From Bdellovibrionota bacterium (lineage in GTDB: Bacteria > Bdellovibrionota_C > UBA2361 > JBGSMV01), in contig JBIKWF010000034.1 of NCBI GenBank assembly GCA_044356455.1, positions 1 through 36,805 on the forward strand: a stretch of DNA of 36,805 nucleotides. The letters are read 5' to 3'. Below the pieces are notes generated by a model, which had not been told where the DNA came from, searched no databases, and saw only the letters and a list, made by a program, of their open reading frames with translations. The position numbers and the translations under genes are program-made. Below are positions 17,442-26,304 of the stretch, one piece after another; position 1 is the first letter of the stretch, and each line of letters opens with the position of its first letter.

Positions 17442-17848
17442 TAACTCTATCCCCAAAATTACGTTTCTGAGGGTGAAACAACACTACTAAGCCACTGCCT
17501 TCACTATCAGTATTAGGAATATCGGCAGAGTTCGCAATTTACCAAATCGCAAGAAGTCCCAAATAACCCTGCCAGATGGGTAGCAGAGCAGCAAAAGCTC
17601 GCGGGAACATCAATTAAATGACTGAAATTATTGACATTAGCCACCAAACTCTCGCACTTAGAGACAAACCGGCGCTTAAGGGGTTCGGCACTAGAACGGT
17701 CATCTTAAGACAAGGGATATTGAGACCAAATCACCCCTTCACTCGCCAAGGGTTCTCAGCTCCGGGACACCCATTTTCCCTGAATTGGCGCTTCCAATTT
17801 TGCCCCCTTGCTCCACGATCTCACACCTCTTTTTCACCGAGCCTCTTT

Positions 17849-17884
17849 TGACCCCTTTAGTGACCCCTTTAGTGACCCCTTTAG
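17849..17884. repeat. 12-bp tandem repeat x3
   Basis: TGACCCCTTTAG, three exact copies. Confidence 0.95.
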
Positions 17885-18062
17885 GACACCCACACATTCG
17901 AAGGTGATGGCAGGTGAAAATCACCTCGGGACCTGAGCTAAGGTGCCATTTTCATTTCGCAATCACCTGCGATCATTGAGAAGTCGATGAAAACGCTGAA
18001 TCCCCCCCCCTAATTTTCCTGCCTTAAAAATCCCAGGAAACACATAAATCTCAGTGGTTTAC

Positions 18063-18101
18063 TTGACATACAATCGACCGATTACTATCTTCTCGCGGCG
18101 C
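18063..18101 (+). promoter_or_regulatory. Stable-RNA-type sigma70 promoter
   Basis: TTGACA-17nt-TATCTT followed by GC-rich CTCGCGGCGC discriminator-like sequence, upstream of two tRNAs. Confidence 0.65.
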
Positions 18102-18317
18102 TTAATGGCACCTCAATCCGTTAAGCGCGATCTTTTTCTAAAGATTGAATTGGTTAGAGGCTCTAGACCAAAGGCGATTGATTCGCCGACGGGAGAAGGC
18201 ATCTTTTCATTCTTCTTGAAACTAAGGTCGCTTCAGAAGTTTGTTAGTACCGATAATTTTGCTGGCATCTCAAATTTCCCTATTCGGGAGTTGAGCTGTC
18301 AAAAATTAAGAATCATT

Positions 18318-18394
18318 GGGCCAGTAGCTCAGGTGGTTAGAGCGCATGCCTGATAAGCATGAGGTCGGAAGTTCGAGTCTTCCCTGGCCCACCA
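18318..18394 (+). tRNA. tRNA-Ile(GAT), CCA encoded
   Basis: GGGCCAGTAGCTCAG...CTGATAA...GTTCGAGTC...CTGGCCCACCA cloverleaf. Confidence 0.97.
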
Positions 18395-18594
18395 GCTTCT
18401 TTTCGGATGATTATCCGCGAAGGGTTAAAAGGCTGGGATTGTAACTGATTTCAGGATTGCTTGATTTCAGCAGCCTCTGAATTCAGTAGTGATTCACCTC
18501 GGGACTGAAGAGCTAAACTGCGTATCGCGGAGCTGCTCTTCGAAACATGCTTTTGAACTCTCCGGATTAACCTTTCGGGGACTTCTAATATTGT

Positions 18595-18667
18595 GGGGCA
18601 GTAGCTCAGCTGGGAGAGCACCGGCTTTGCAAGCCGGGGGTCAGGGGTTCGATCCCCCTCTGCTCCA
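18595..18667 (+). tRNA. tRNA-Ala(TGC), CCA not encoded
   Basis: GGGGCAGTAGCTCAG...TTTGCAA...GTTCGATCC...CTGCTCCA; G3:U70 identity pair; followed by a T run. Confidence 0.97.
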
Positions 18668-18736
18668 TTTTTTCTCCTATTCTTTTCTCTCAATCTCTTT
18701 TTCTTTTTCCGCAGTTTTCTCAGATTGGCACTCAAA

Positions 18737-18770
18737 CCAATACGCTCTTCTGGCCAATACGCTCTTCTGG
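18737..18770. repeat. 17-bp tandem duplication
   Basis: CCAATACGCTCTTCTGG x2. Confidence 0.9.
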
Positions 18771-18900
18771 CTAATCCGCACGCTTGGGGCCGAGATTCTC
18801 AGGCCCTCCGCTACTCACAATCCCCCCGTGACGTCCCCGAAACTTCGAAGTAAAAAGTAGAGATTACGGTTGATAACTCAGCATTAAAGGCGAGACTAAC

Positions 18901-19830
18901 GTGACCTCAGGTAAAATGTACGAAATCATTGGCGCAGAATTTGACTCGGGAGGCCGAGTTCGCGGAACCGCGCTTGCACCTAAAGCCTTGCGCGGCAATC
19001 GCCTCGTCGAACGCTTGCGGGCTACAGGAGCCCTAATTGCCGAAGGGCAGGACATCTTCTCACCGCCCACTACCGCCTCCCATCGCCCTGGCCCGCCTCA
19101 CGTAAATGATCTTCCCGAGGCCGAGACTTTTTGCGCTGAAATGTTCCGCGCCTGCTTTCGCACGATGGAATCAGGCAATATCCCCCTGGTGATTGGAGGA
19201 GACCATTCAATAAGCATCGCCTCCTTCTCTGCGGTTGCTGAGTTTGCTCGAAAAAGACACGGGGCAGATGCCAAAGTAGGATTAATTTGGGTTGACGCTC
19301 ATCCCGACCTCAACACTCCCGAGTCAAGCCCTAGCGGAAACTTACATGGGATGGTTACCCGAATTCTATTGGGCGAAGGGCCAGCCTCTTTAACCTCACT
19401 TGGCAGCGCACGACCTAAGCTGAGAGCAGAAAATCTCGCTCAAATCGCGATTCGAGACGTGGATCCGCCTGAAAAACAATTCATTAAGGCGTCACCGGCG
19501 TGTGTAGTCACCATGAAAGATATTGATATGCATGGCGTCTATACGGGTATGCGCCGCTGCATCGAGGCTGCCTCTCAGGGCACCGTAGGAATTGTTGTCT
19601 CATTTGATCTCGATTCTTGCGATCCGAGCATTGCTCCGGGTGTTGACACTCCCGTACGAGGAGGACTCTCCTTCCGTGAAGCTCACCTCATTATGGAAAT
19701 GGTCGCGGAACTTACGAATGTGCTTGCGATTGAACTCGTAGAATACGACCCGAATCTTGATACGAAACACTCAAGCGCTGACCTTGCCATTGCACTCTTG
19801 GAATCAGCACTCGGAAAGAGCATTTTGTGA
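18901..19830 (+). CDS. rocF: Arginase
   Basis: GGDHS, DAHPD, SPSGNLHGM, SFDLDSCDP, GGLSFRE; start uncertain (GTG 18901 or ATG 18916). Confidence 0.9.
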   Translation: MTSGKMYEIIGAEFDSGGRVRGTALAPKALRGNRLVERLRATGALIAEGQDIFSPPTTASHRPGPPHVNDLPEAETFCAEMFRACFRTMESGNIPLVIGGDHSISIASFSAVAEFARKRHGADAKVGLIWVDAHPDLNTPESSPSGNLHGMVTRILLGEGPASLTSLGSARPKLRAENLAQIAIRDVDPPEKQFIKASPACVVTMKDIDMHGVYTGMRRCIEAASQGTVGIVVSFDLDSCDPSIAPGVDTPVRGGLSFREAHLIMEMVAELTNVLAIELVEYDPNLDTKHSSADLAIALLESALGKSIL

Positions 19831-19831
19831 T

Positions 19832-19967
19832 TTAGGGAACCACTGAAGATCCTCAATATCTTATTCTATCTCTCTGTGACCTCTGCGCACTCTGTGGTTT
19901 TTCAACAATTTAAATAAACCACAGAGGGCACAGAGACCACGGAGTGAATTTTTCCGAGGCTCACTAG
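19832..19967. mobile_element. YTAG-bounded MITE with 9-bp-periodic hairpin core (copy B)
   Basis: Colinear homology with 21180-21316; TTAG...CTAG ends; right CTAG coincides with the alkC stop codon. Confidence 0.8.
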
Positions 19968-21079
19968 CTTGCAATCAACCTGAACGACCCAAGCGAGCTC
20001 ACTTGCCCGTTTATGACGGCCTCAACTCGGTGGGTGCCGGGGTAATGTTTCCGAGTTGTCATTTCTTTAATGGAAATCCTCTTCTGAAACACGCAGATCT
20101 CCTTCGCATCCAGGGTCACTTCTTTAACTTTGAAGACCTTGGGGTTTGCCTTTCCGTTAGCTTTCACAAAATGTACTTTGAGATCTACAAGAACGTGCTG
20201 GGCGGAACTTGCCTTATTTTCAAGACCAAAGGAAACAACTATCGAATCTCCAATCTTTGCTCGCGAAGGCGCTATCGTTGCTTGCTTAAGTGCCACTTTA
20301 GCGGTCTTACCAAAACCCATCACCGCAAGGGCTCCCGGATCTCCTCTCTTCACTGCTGTTCTTAACGCGTGGCGCAGAATCCACCTTCTTTCCTCGGAAG
20401 CACGAACCATCCATTTTTTTGCTGTCTCCACTAACAGCGCAGGGTGATCCTTCCCAATATCGTTGAGACAATTCGCTACGGAACGGCGCACGTAGAGCTC
20501 CTCATCGTCTTTGAGCAATTCAAGGAGAGAGAGCACGGGAGTTGGATCTCTTTGAAAAGCAGAAAGACGTGGGGCCCAGGGCAACCGAGGGCGAATGCCC
20601 TCGGAAACGAGTCGCCGCACATGAGGACTTGGGTCCTTGGTCCAAGACCTCAATCTTGCCAAAGTCTTTTCTTGGTGATGCTCTAAATAGGGGCGGATAC
20701 TAAATTCCGCGGTAAATCTCTGCGTAAGCTCGTACTGCGCCTGCATTGATATTTCAAAGTGCCTGAGGCCATATTCGGCCACAAAAAAGACATGCGGCAG
20801 GTAGAGAAATGGCGCCATACCATTCTCAGACGTTCGCTCTAAGGTTGGGCCGAGAGAGTCCAAGAGAATTCTTGCTGCTTTTGGATACTCTTGTGGGAGG
20901 TAGTCCCGCATACCATGCGCAATTTTCCTTGCGCGGTCCATCAAGCCAAGTTCGTCATAGTCTTGCAGAACTGCACGAACAAAAGCAGCTCCTCGAAAGG
21001 AAGGAGAGGCCTCGGCCAACATTCTCGAGATTTTTTTAACCACCTCGGGACCAAATTGATTCTTAAGTGGTTCTGCCAT
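19964..21079 (-). CDS. alkC: HEAT-like-repeat DNA alkylation repair glycosylase with C-terminal beta domain (AlkC-like)
   Basis: TAEFSIRPY, HVRRLVSEGIRPRLPW, YVRRSVANCLNDIGKDHP, TTRKHYPG.H; start MAEPLKN. Confidence 0.85.
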   Translation of the reverse strand: MAEPLKNQFGPEVVKKISRMLAEASPSFRGAAFVRAVLQDYDELGLMDRARKIAHGMRDYLPQEYPKAARILLDSLGPTLERTSENGMAPFLYLPHVFFVAEYGLRHFEISMQAQYELTQRFTAEFSIRPYLEHHQEKTLARLRSWTKDPSPHVRRLVSEGIRPRLPWAPRLSAFQRDPTPVLSLLELLKDDEELYVRRSVANCLNDIGKDHPALLVETAKKWMVRASEERRWILRHALRTAVKRGDPGALAVMGFGKTAKVALKQATIAPSRAKIGDSIVVSFGLENKASSAQHVLVDLKVHFVKANGKANPKVFKVKEVTLDAKEICVFQKRISIKEMTTRKHYPGTHRVEAVINGQVSSLGSFRLIAS

Positions 21080-21179
21080 AAGTCGCCACGAAGTTCGCAA
21101 TATATTCTCAAAGACTATGCGTGGTGCTGTTATACTCTTAGCAAGCTACGAGAGGTCAAGAGCGCAGAATTCTTCAAAA

Positions 21180-21316
21180 CTAGGGGGCCTCTGAAAAACC
21201 TCGATATTTAATTTTCTCTCTCTGTGATCTCTGTGTCCTCTGTGGTTTTTCAACAATTTAAATCAACCACAGAGGGCACAGAGATCACAGAGCGGGGTTT
21301 TTCGGAGGCTCCCTAG
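21180..21316. mobile_element. YTAG-bounded MITE with 9-bp-periodic hairpin core (copy C, most intact)
   Basis: TIR CTAGGGGGCCTCTGAAAAACCTCG / revcomp CTAGGGAGCCTCCGAAAAACCCCG; core (CTCTGTGnn)3-AT-rich loop-(nnCACAGAG)3. Confidence 0.85.
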
Positions 21317-21335
21317 GCAAGGCAAAAGAACGGAA

Positions 21336-21402
21336 CTAGGAATGTGTTCCGTTGCCACCGCAATATGTAGTGGTGAGAATTTTACACGGGTCAGACCCCT
21401 AG
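21336..21402. mobile_element. 67-bp shorter derivative of the 13400-13516 MITE
   Basis: CTAGGAATGTGTTCCG...CACCGCAATATGTAGTGGTG...CGGGTCAGACCCCTAG; right CTAG coincides with the stop of ORF 21399-22109. Confidence 0.72.
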
Positions 21403-22109
21403 CTACCCAAACTTACCTTCTGAGCGATTAGAGCCTCTTTGCTTGGATCGATTAGAAACAGGGACATCCCGAATTCAATCGCTGCCAACTTGGTTGCAAT
21501 TCTCGGCGCGTCCCCGGGAGAGCAGGCAAGCCTTATGGCTTCTCTTGCAAGATCCGCAATTCTCTGTGAGCGCGATGCCTTTGGAACGAGCTCCGTAAGA
21601 TGAGTTTTCACGAGCATAAGCGCAAAACGAGGCGTTACGACTACACTTGCAAGCAAGTGAGGAGCCTGAACAAAAGAAAGCAGATCGACCTCGCTAAAGT
21701 GCTCGATACTTCGCATAGTTCCCGCCTCACGAGGGTGAGTATGCAGCATGATGGCAGCGCGCTTGGTGGCCGAGGTGGTATATTCAAGCACTATGCGATC
21801 AGACGTTCCCACCTGCGTTGGCTCAAATGAGAGAACGCGGCTGGACTGATTCACGAAACCTAATCTTCCGTGCTCTCGGTCCTGATGAGCTAAAGCCCTT
21901 AGACGCACAAAGACCGGAGCCATTGGTCCCAAGTCGATAGCATCGCCTATACGCGCGGGAGCACGTCCGTAGAATGCCTGATCATACATGGAATCAAAGA
22001 AAGTCGAATACGACCAGGCATTTGAATGGGCAGGATTATTTGAAGTGGTTGCCTGTTGGCGAGTATACCCTTGGGGGCCCTGATGCATTTCCTCCTTACC
22101 GCGGCACAA
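21399..22109 (-). CDS. Hypothetical protein with JAB/MPN-like metal-binding motif
   Basis: DREHG ... LHTHP-x11-FSEVDL followed by SVVVT...ALMLVKT strands; start uncertain. Confidence 0.6.
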   Translation of the reverse strand: MCRGKEEMHQGPQGYTRQQATTSNNPAHSNAWSYSTFFDSMYDQAFYGRAPARIGDAIDLGPMAPVFVRLRALAHQDREHGRLGFVNQSSRVLSFEPTQVGTSDRIVLEYTTSATKRAAIMLHTHPREAGTMRSIEHFSEVDLLSFVQAPHLLASVVVTPRFALMLVKTHLTELVPKASRSQRIADLAREAIRLACSPGDAPRIATKLAAIEFGMSLFLIDPSKEALIAQKVSLGS

Positions 22110-22289
22110 GGCTTACTAAGGTGACCAGAAACTGCCGTCTCCTTCCTCTTGCGCTCGCTATAGGGGTAATAGCCTCCCAGGCTGAAGTTGTAAGGTTTTT
22201 CGGCTGTGCGAAAGGTCGCTGAACCTGGGATGAGACAAGAAAGAGGCGATTAAAGGAGTAGGGCTTTGAGGCTGCTCCTCATTGAGGCT

Positions 22290-23234
22290 CTATGACCCCT
22301 TCTTCGCCCCTGTTTCCGGAGGGGTGTCTGCGGGAGCAGGATGCTGGGCATCATACCTTCTTTGAAGCGCCATCCATTCTCGGGAGGTCTTTCCAAGCGC
22401 CCTAGAAATTTCGCGCGCTGCCACCTCGGTAATGGGTCTCTTCTGTGCAACAAGTTCATCGAATTCTGGCGGTTCTATACGAACAATTGCCAAAATACGC
22501 TCTCGAGTAAGTCCTCGCTCATGCATGAGGGCCGAGACCACAGCCCCAGGGTGAGGCGCTTCTTCATTTGCTACTTTCCTTTTTACGAGAGCAGCATCTC
22601 CCCTTGGCGCAGGAACTGCCTCAAAGACGGCACAAAGAGCCGAGGCAAATGGATCAGGATGTTTCCCGTGAATCTCGGAAAGCTGGGCAGATAAGGCCCT
22701 CAGTTCACGAGGCGCCGATCCTACATCCCTCTGCCCTTTCGCCTTCGCTTTCCAAAGATCGTCGATGTGCCGCACCGCATCACCGAGAAGAAGCGTCGTT
22801 GATTTGTAGGCCCGGGTAGCCCCTTCCATCACTTTCTCGCGCGAAGGATCCATCACTGTCTCGAGGAGCGTGCGGAGTTGATCGGGTGAATACGGTTCAC
22901 TAATGAAACCATCGACGCCCTGCATGTAGAGCTGAACAACAGATGCGAGCTTAGATGAAGTATGGCGATCGACCGTGACCAACATCGCGGTGGTAATTTC
23001 CTTTCCCGAACTCGACACCTCGGCGACAAGCCTTTGCACGGCCTCTCTCCCTATCGAGGATGCAATAAAGAGAATGGGAATCTTTGAGTCATTCAGCAGC
23101 GCAGAAGCTGCTTCAGGAATAGTACGAACAGCCCTGATTTCAGATTTGAAAATAATGGAATTGAGCGCCTCACGCAGGCGAACGCGGCACTCTGAATCCG
23201 GAATAAGAATAAGAACCTTGAGCCGTTCAAGCAT
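22290..23234 (-). CDS. Receiver-like domain fused to a HigA/VapI-like HTH
   Basis: N-terminal KVLILIPD...GVDGFISEPYSPDQL (REC-like); C-terminal PHPGAVV...GLT...KRPIT...AREISRALGKTSREWMALQRRYD (HigA-like); start overlaps the trhO end. Confidence 0.7.
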   Translation of the reverse strand: MLERLKVLILIPDSECRVRLREALNSIIFKSEIRAVRTIPEAASALLNDSKIPILFIASSIGREAVQRLVAEVSSSGKEITTAMLVTVDRHTSSKLASVVQLYMQGVDGFISEPYSPDQLRTLLETVMDPSREKVMEGATRAYKSTTLLLGDAVRHIDDLWKAKAKGQRDVGSAPRELRALSAQLSEIHGKHPDPFASALCAVFEAVPAPRGDAALVKRKVANEEAPHPGAVVSALMHERGLTRERILAIVRIEPPEFDELVAQKRPITEVAAREISRALGKTSREWMALQRRYDAQHPAPADTPPETGAKKGS

Positions 23235-24204
23235 GCGGCTCACCATCCCTCGGACGAGTGAGCGACCCTGAAGATGACCTGCCTGAGGGCCCCCGAGACA
23301 AGTGATGCGCACAGTCCTTTGAACACGCCTGCCTAGACGGTGTTTTTTCGCAGTCTTCGCAAATCATACAAGGCTCGGCGCACCGCGCACAGGAAAGCGA
23401 AATCTCGGCGGGATTACCGCAGTGTGGGCAGAGACTATAACGTTTAGAAGGAGCGAGGTGCTGATCGACGGCAACCCGGTGGTCGAAAACGTAACACTCG
23501 CCTTCAAACTGAGAATGAGGATGGGCGGAGAGGTAGTTTAAAATTCCCCCTTCAAGTTGATAGACCTCTTTATACCCAATACTTCTGAGAAGTGGGGCAG
23601 CCTTCTCACAGCGAATCCCTCCGGTGCAGTACATAAGGAGTGGTTTATCCTGGGGAATCTTGGCACTGCTGAGAAACTCGGGGAACTCTCCAAAGTTCTT
23701 AATGTGAGGATCCACAGCTCCCTTAAACTTCCCCACTTTGGTTTCATACCAATTCCGCACATCGACGAGCGTATACTCACGCTTCATTTCTGGAGATGAA
23801 GGAGATAGCCATTCATTCCATTCAGAGGGCGAAAGCCTACTTTTCTCATCCTCAGGTGTCGGATGGAACACCGACCCGTCAAGGGTTACAATTTCGGGCC
23901 GAACCTGCACTTGCAGGCGCTTAAAGGGCGAGCGCTCAGACCAACTTTCCTTTGGTTCGTAAGGTTCATGACCTAGTCGCTGCGCCACCTTCTCAATAAA
24001 AGACCGCACAGAAGACTCCTCCCCGCACACGGTGCCATTCACCCCTTCCTTTGCAAGGAGAAGCAAACCACGGATTCCAAGGGCTTCACCCGCGGCGAAA
24101 ATCTCATTTCGCGCAGCATCAAGCTCCCCCTCCGGAATCTCATGAAAGCGATACAGTGCGAGAACAAGGGTAGTTGCCATTTCAAACTCAACCGCAGAGC
24201 TCAA
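23227..24204 (-). CDS. trhO: tRNA uridine(34) hydroxylase, rhodanese-domain (YceA/TrhO)
   Basis: EGVNGT, DVRNWYETKVGKF.GA, MYCTGGIRCEKA, LEGGILNY, GECYVFD.R, Cys-rich tail; start may be ATG 24180. Confidence 0.92.
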   Translation of the reverse strand: MSSAVEFEMATTLVLALYRFHEIPEGELDAARNEIFAAGEALGIRGLLLLAKEGVNGTVCGEESSVRSFIEKVAQRLGHEPYEPKESWSERSPFKRLQVQVRPEIVTLDGSVFHPTPEDEKSRLSPSEWNEWLSPSSPEMKREYTLVDVRNWYETKVGKFKGAVDPHIKNFGEFPEFLSSAKIPQDKPLLMYCTGGIRCEKAAPLLRSIGYKEVYQLEGGILNYLSAHPHSQFEGECYVFDHRVAVDQHLAPSKRYSLCPHCGNPAEISLSCARCAEPCMICEDCEKTPSRQACSKDCAHHLSRGPSGRSSSGSLTRPRDGEPHA

Positions 24205-25719
24205 TTAGTAAGATTTTGCAAAAATGGCATCCAAAGTCGCCGGTTTACCTGTTAATACGCACGTCCCTTGCGTTCCACTTTGTTCAAGCGGCACACAACG
24301 AACCGTAACCTTAAGGTCTTCAAGTACCTTTTCACTACCAGGCTCCCCAGACCACTTTGCAAGCGCAAACCCGCCATGGATCTCGGGTTTCTCGATATTC
24401 TTGGGAGTAAAGAACGCTTTGAGGTCAGCGAGATTCTTAATTCCCTTCTCGGTTTTTCTTTCGCGAAGTTCAAGCGCTTGCGCGTAATAGCTCTGCTGCA
24501 TTTCACCGAGCAAGCTCTCCACTCGCTGTGCAATAGCATCCACTGAAACCATTTCCTTCTCTTTGTGGGGACGGTCACGGCGAGTTACCACCATGCCACG
24601 CTTTTCCAGGTCACGTGGTCCAATTTCAATTCGTAGGGGAATTCCTTTCTTGACCCACTGCCACATTTTGTCGCCGCCGCGTATATCGCGTCGGTCGATG
24701 TGCACCACAACGGGGTCTCCCGCAAAACTCACTTTTCGAATTTGCTGGGCTACTTCCTCACAGAAAGCAAGCACGCTCGCCTCAACTTCAGGCTTAGGAA
24801 GCACCGGCAGAATCACCACATGCTTCGGGGCAACACGCGGCGGAAGTCTAAGCCCATCGTCGTCGGCATGCGTCATGATAAGTCCGCCGATGAGCCTCGT
24901 GGAAACACCCCATGACGTGGTAAAGGCGTGCTGAATTTCCCCAGCCTCATTAGTAAACTTAATGTCGGAGGCCTTGGCAAAATTCTGCCCTAAAAAGTGC
25001 GATGTTCCCGCCTGCAAGGCTTTTCCGTCTTGCATCATGGCCTCGATGCAAAGAGAGCGCTCCGCGCCTGGGAATCTCTCATGTGCCGGCTTCTCTCCTG
25101 CAACTACCGGCATCGCGAGCACTTCCTCGGCGAACTCACGATATACCCTGAGCATGGTTTGAACTTCGGCCATTGCCTCCTCGGCATTCGCATGGACCGT
25201 GTGCCCCTCTTGCCATAGAAACTCTGCCGTTCTCAAGAAAAGGCGCGTGCGCATTTCCCAACGCACCACATTCGCCCATTGATTAATGAGCAGAGGAAGA
25301 TCGCGGTACGAGTGCACCCACTTTGAGAAAGCATCTCCTATAATCGTCTCAGAAGTTGGCCGAACAATAAGCGGCTCGTCGAGCTCACCTGTGGGCACGA
25401 GCTTCCCGTTTTTTTCTTCGAGACGGTGATGGGTTACCACGGCGCACTCTTTGGCGAACCCCGCCACATGCGACGCCTCTTTCTCTAGGAAGCTGAGGGG
25501 AATAAAGAGAGGGAAATATGCGTTCTCATGCCCTGTCTCTTTGATTCTACGATCAAGGTCGCGCTGAATACGCTCCCATATTCCATATCCCCAAGGCTTA
25601 ATTACCATGCAACCGCGCACCGGGGAATTTTCCGCCATATCAGCGGCTTTGATGATCTGCTGGTACCACTCCGGGTAGTCCTGAGCACGCGTTGGGGAAA
25701 TTGCACTTTCTTGGGCCAT
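24205..25719 (-). CDS. proS: Proline--tRNA ligase, archaeal/eukaryote-like type
   Basis: VRPTSET, QWANVVRWE, FLRTAEFLWQEGHT, ALQAGTSHFLGQNF, SWGVSTR, C-terminal AKSY. Confidence 0.98.
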   Translation of the reverse strand: MAQESAISPTRAQDYPEWYQQIIKAADMAENSPVRGCMVIKPWGYGIWERIQRDLDRRIKETGHENAYFPLFIPLSFLEKEASHVAGFAKECAVVTHHRLEEKNGKLVPTGELDEPLIVRPTSETIIGDAFSKWVHSYRDLPLLINQWANVVRWEMRTRLFLRTAEFLWQEGHTVHANAEEAMAEVQTMLRVYREFAEEVLAMPVVAGEKPAHERFPGAERSLCIEAMMQDGKALQAGTSHFLGQNFAKASDIKFTNEAGEIQHAFTTSWGVSTRLIGGLIMTHADDDGLRLPPRVAPKHVVILPVLPKPEVEASVLAFCEEVAQQIRKVSFAGDPVVVHIDRRDIRGGDKMWQWVKKGIPLRIEIGPRDLEKRGMVVTRRDRPHKEKEMVSVDAIAQRVESLLGEMQQSYYAQALELRERKTEKGIKNLADLKAFFTPKNIEKPEIHGGFALAKWSGEPGSEKVLEDLKVTVRCVPLEQSGTQGTCVLTGKPATLDAIFAKSY

Positions 25720-25845
25720 AGAACCGTCTTCTAAGGAATATGATTCCTAAAGATCCCATAGCTAAGGCAGGGATTCAAGGTCGGGACTTTCTCAATTGAC
25801 AGGCATGCACAGAAAGATGTGGCCTAAAGGAGAGGCAAGAAGCGG

Positions 25846-26259
25846 TTATGCTGCTCGTTTAGACTTATCTCGGTTATTTTGAGCTTCCCAGCGCCACTTC
25901 TTCTCAAGGCGCTCAAGAGCCCCGCCCCAAGTCTGTTCAACCTTATCGATAATCTGGGCCATGACAAACTGCCCATCCTCATCAAAGCGACTAGGCGGCG
26001 GGAACATGGAGAGAATACAAAAGGCAATATCCTTCTCGTGGACAAGAAACTTGGCGGATTTAGAAAACATGCCTGCAAGCGCCGCGATATCGAATACATA
26101 GTGATTCTGAATCGCCGCCGTAAAACTCGGCTCCAATTCCCGCAAAACTCGAAAGACAAGCTCAGGGAAAATCTCTCCCGGATAATTGGAGATGCCATAG
26201 GCCCAGCCTTCCATTTCTATTTGGAAGATTTCGTCGTATCGGTCCTTAGGCTGAATCAC
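25846..26259 (-). CDS. Hypothetical protein
   Basis: 137 aa ORF with globular composition, co-oriented with neighbours. Confidence 0.65.
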   Translation of the reverse strand: MIQPKDRYDEIFQIEMEGWAYGISNYPGEIFPELVFRVLRELEPSFTAAIQNHYVFDIAALAGMFSKSAKFLVHEKDIAFCILSMFPPPSRFDEDGQFVMAQIIDKVEQTWGGALERLEKKWRWEAQNNRDKSKRAA

Positions 26260-26304
26260 TACTCGCTCTCAAAAATTCAAAGATGCTCGAAGCAATCGGA
26301 ACGT

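Noticed and set aside
17460..18310. Replication origin
   Set aside because: No TTATCCACA-type DnaA box cluster seen and no dnaA/dnaN neighbours.
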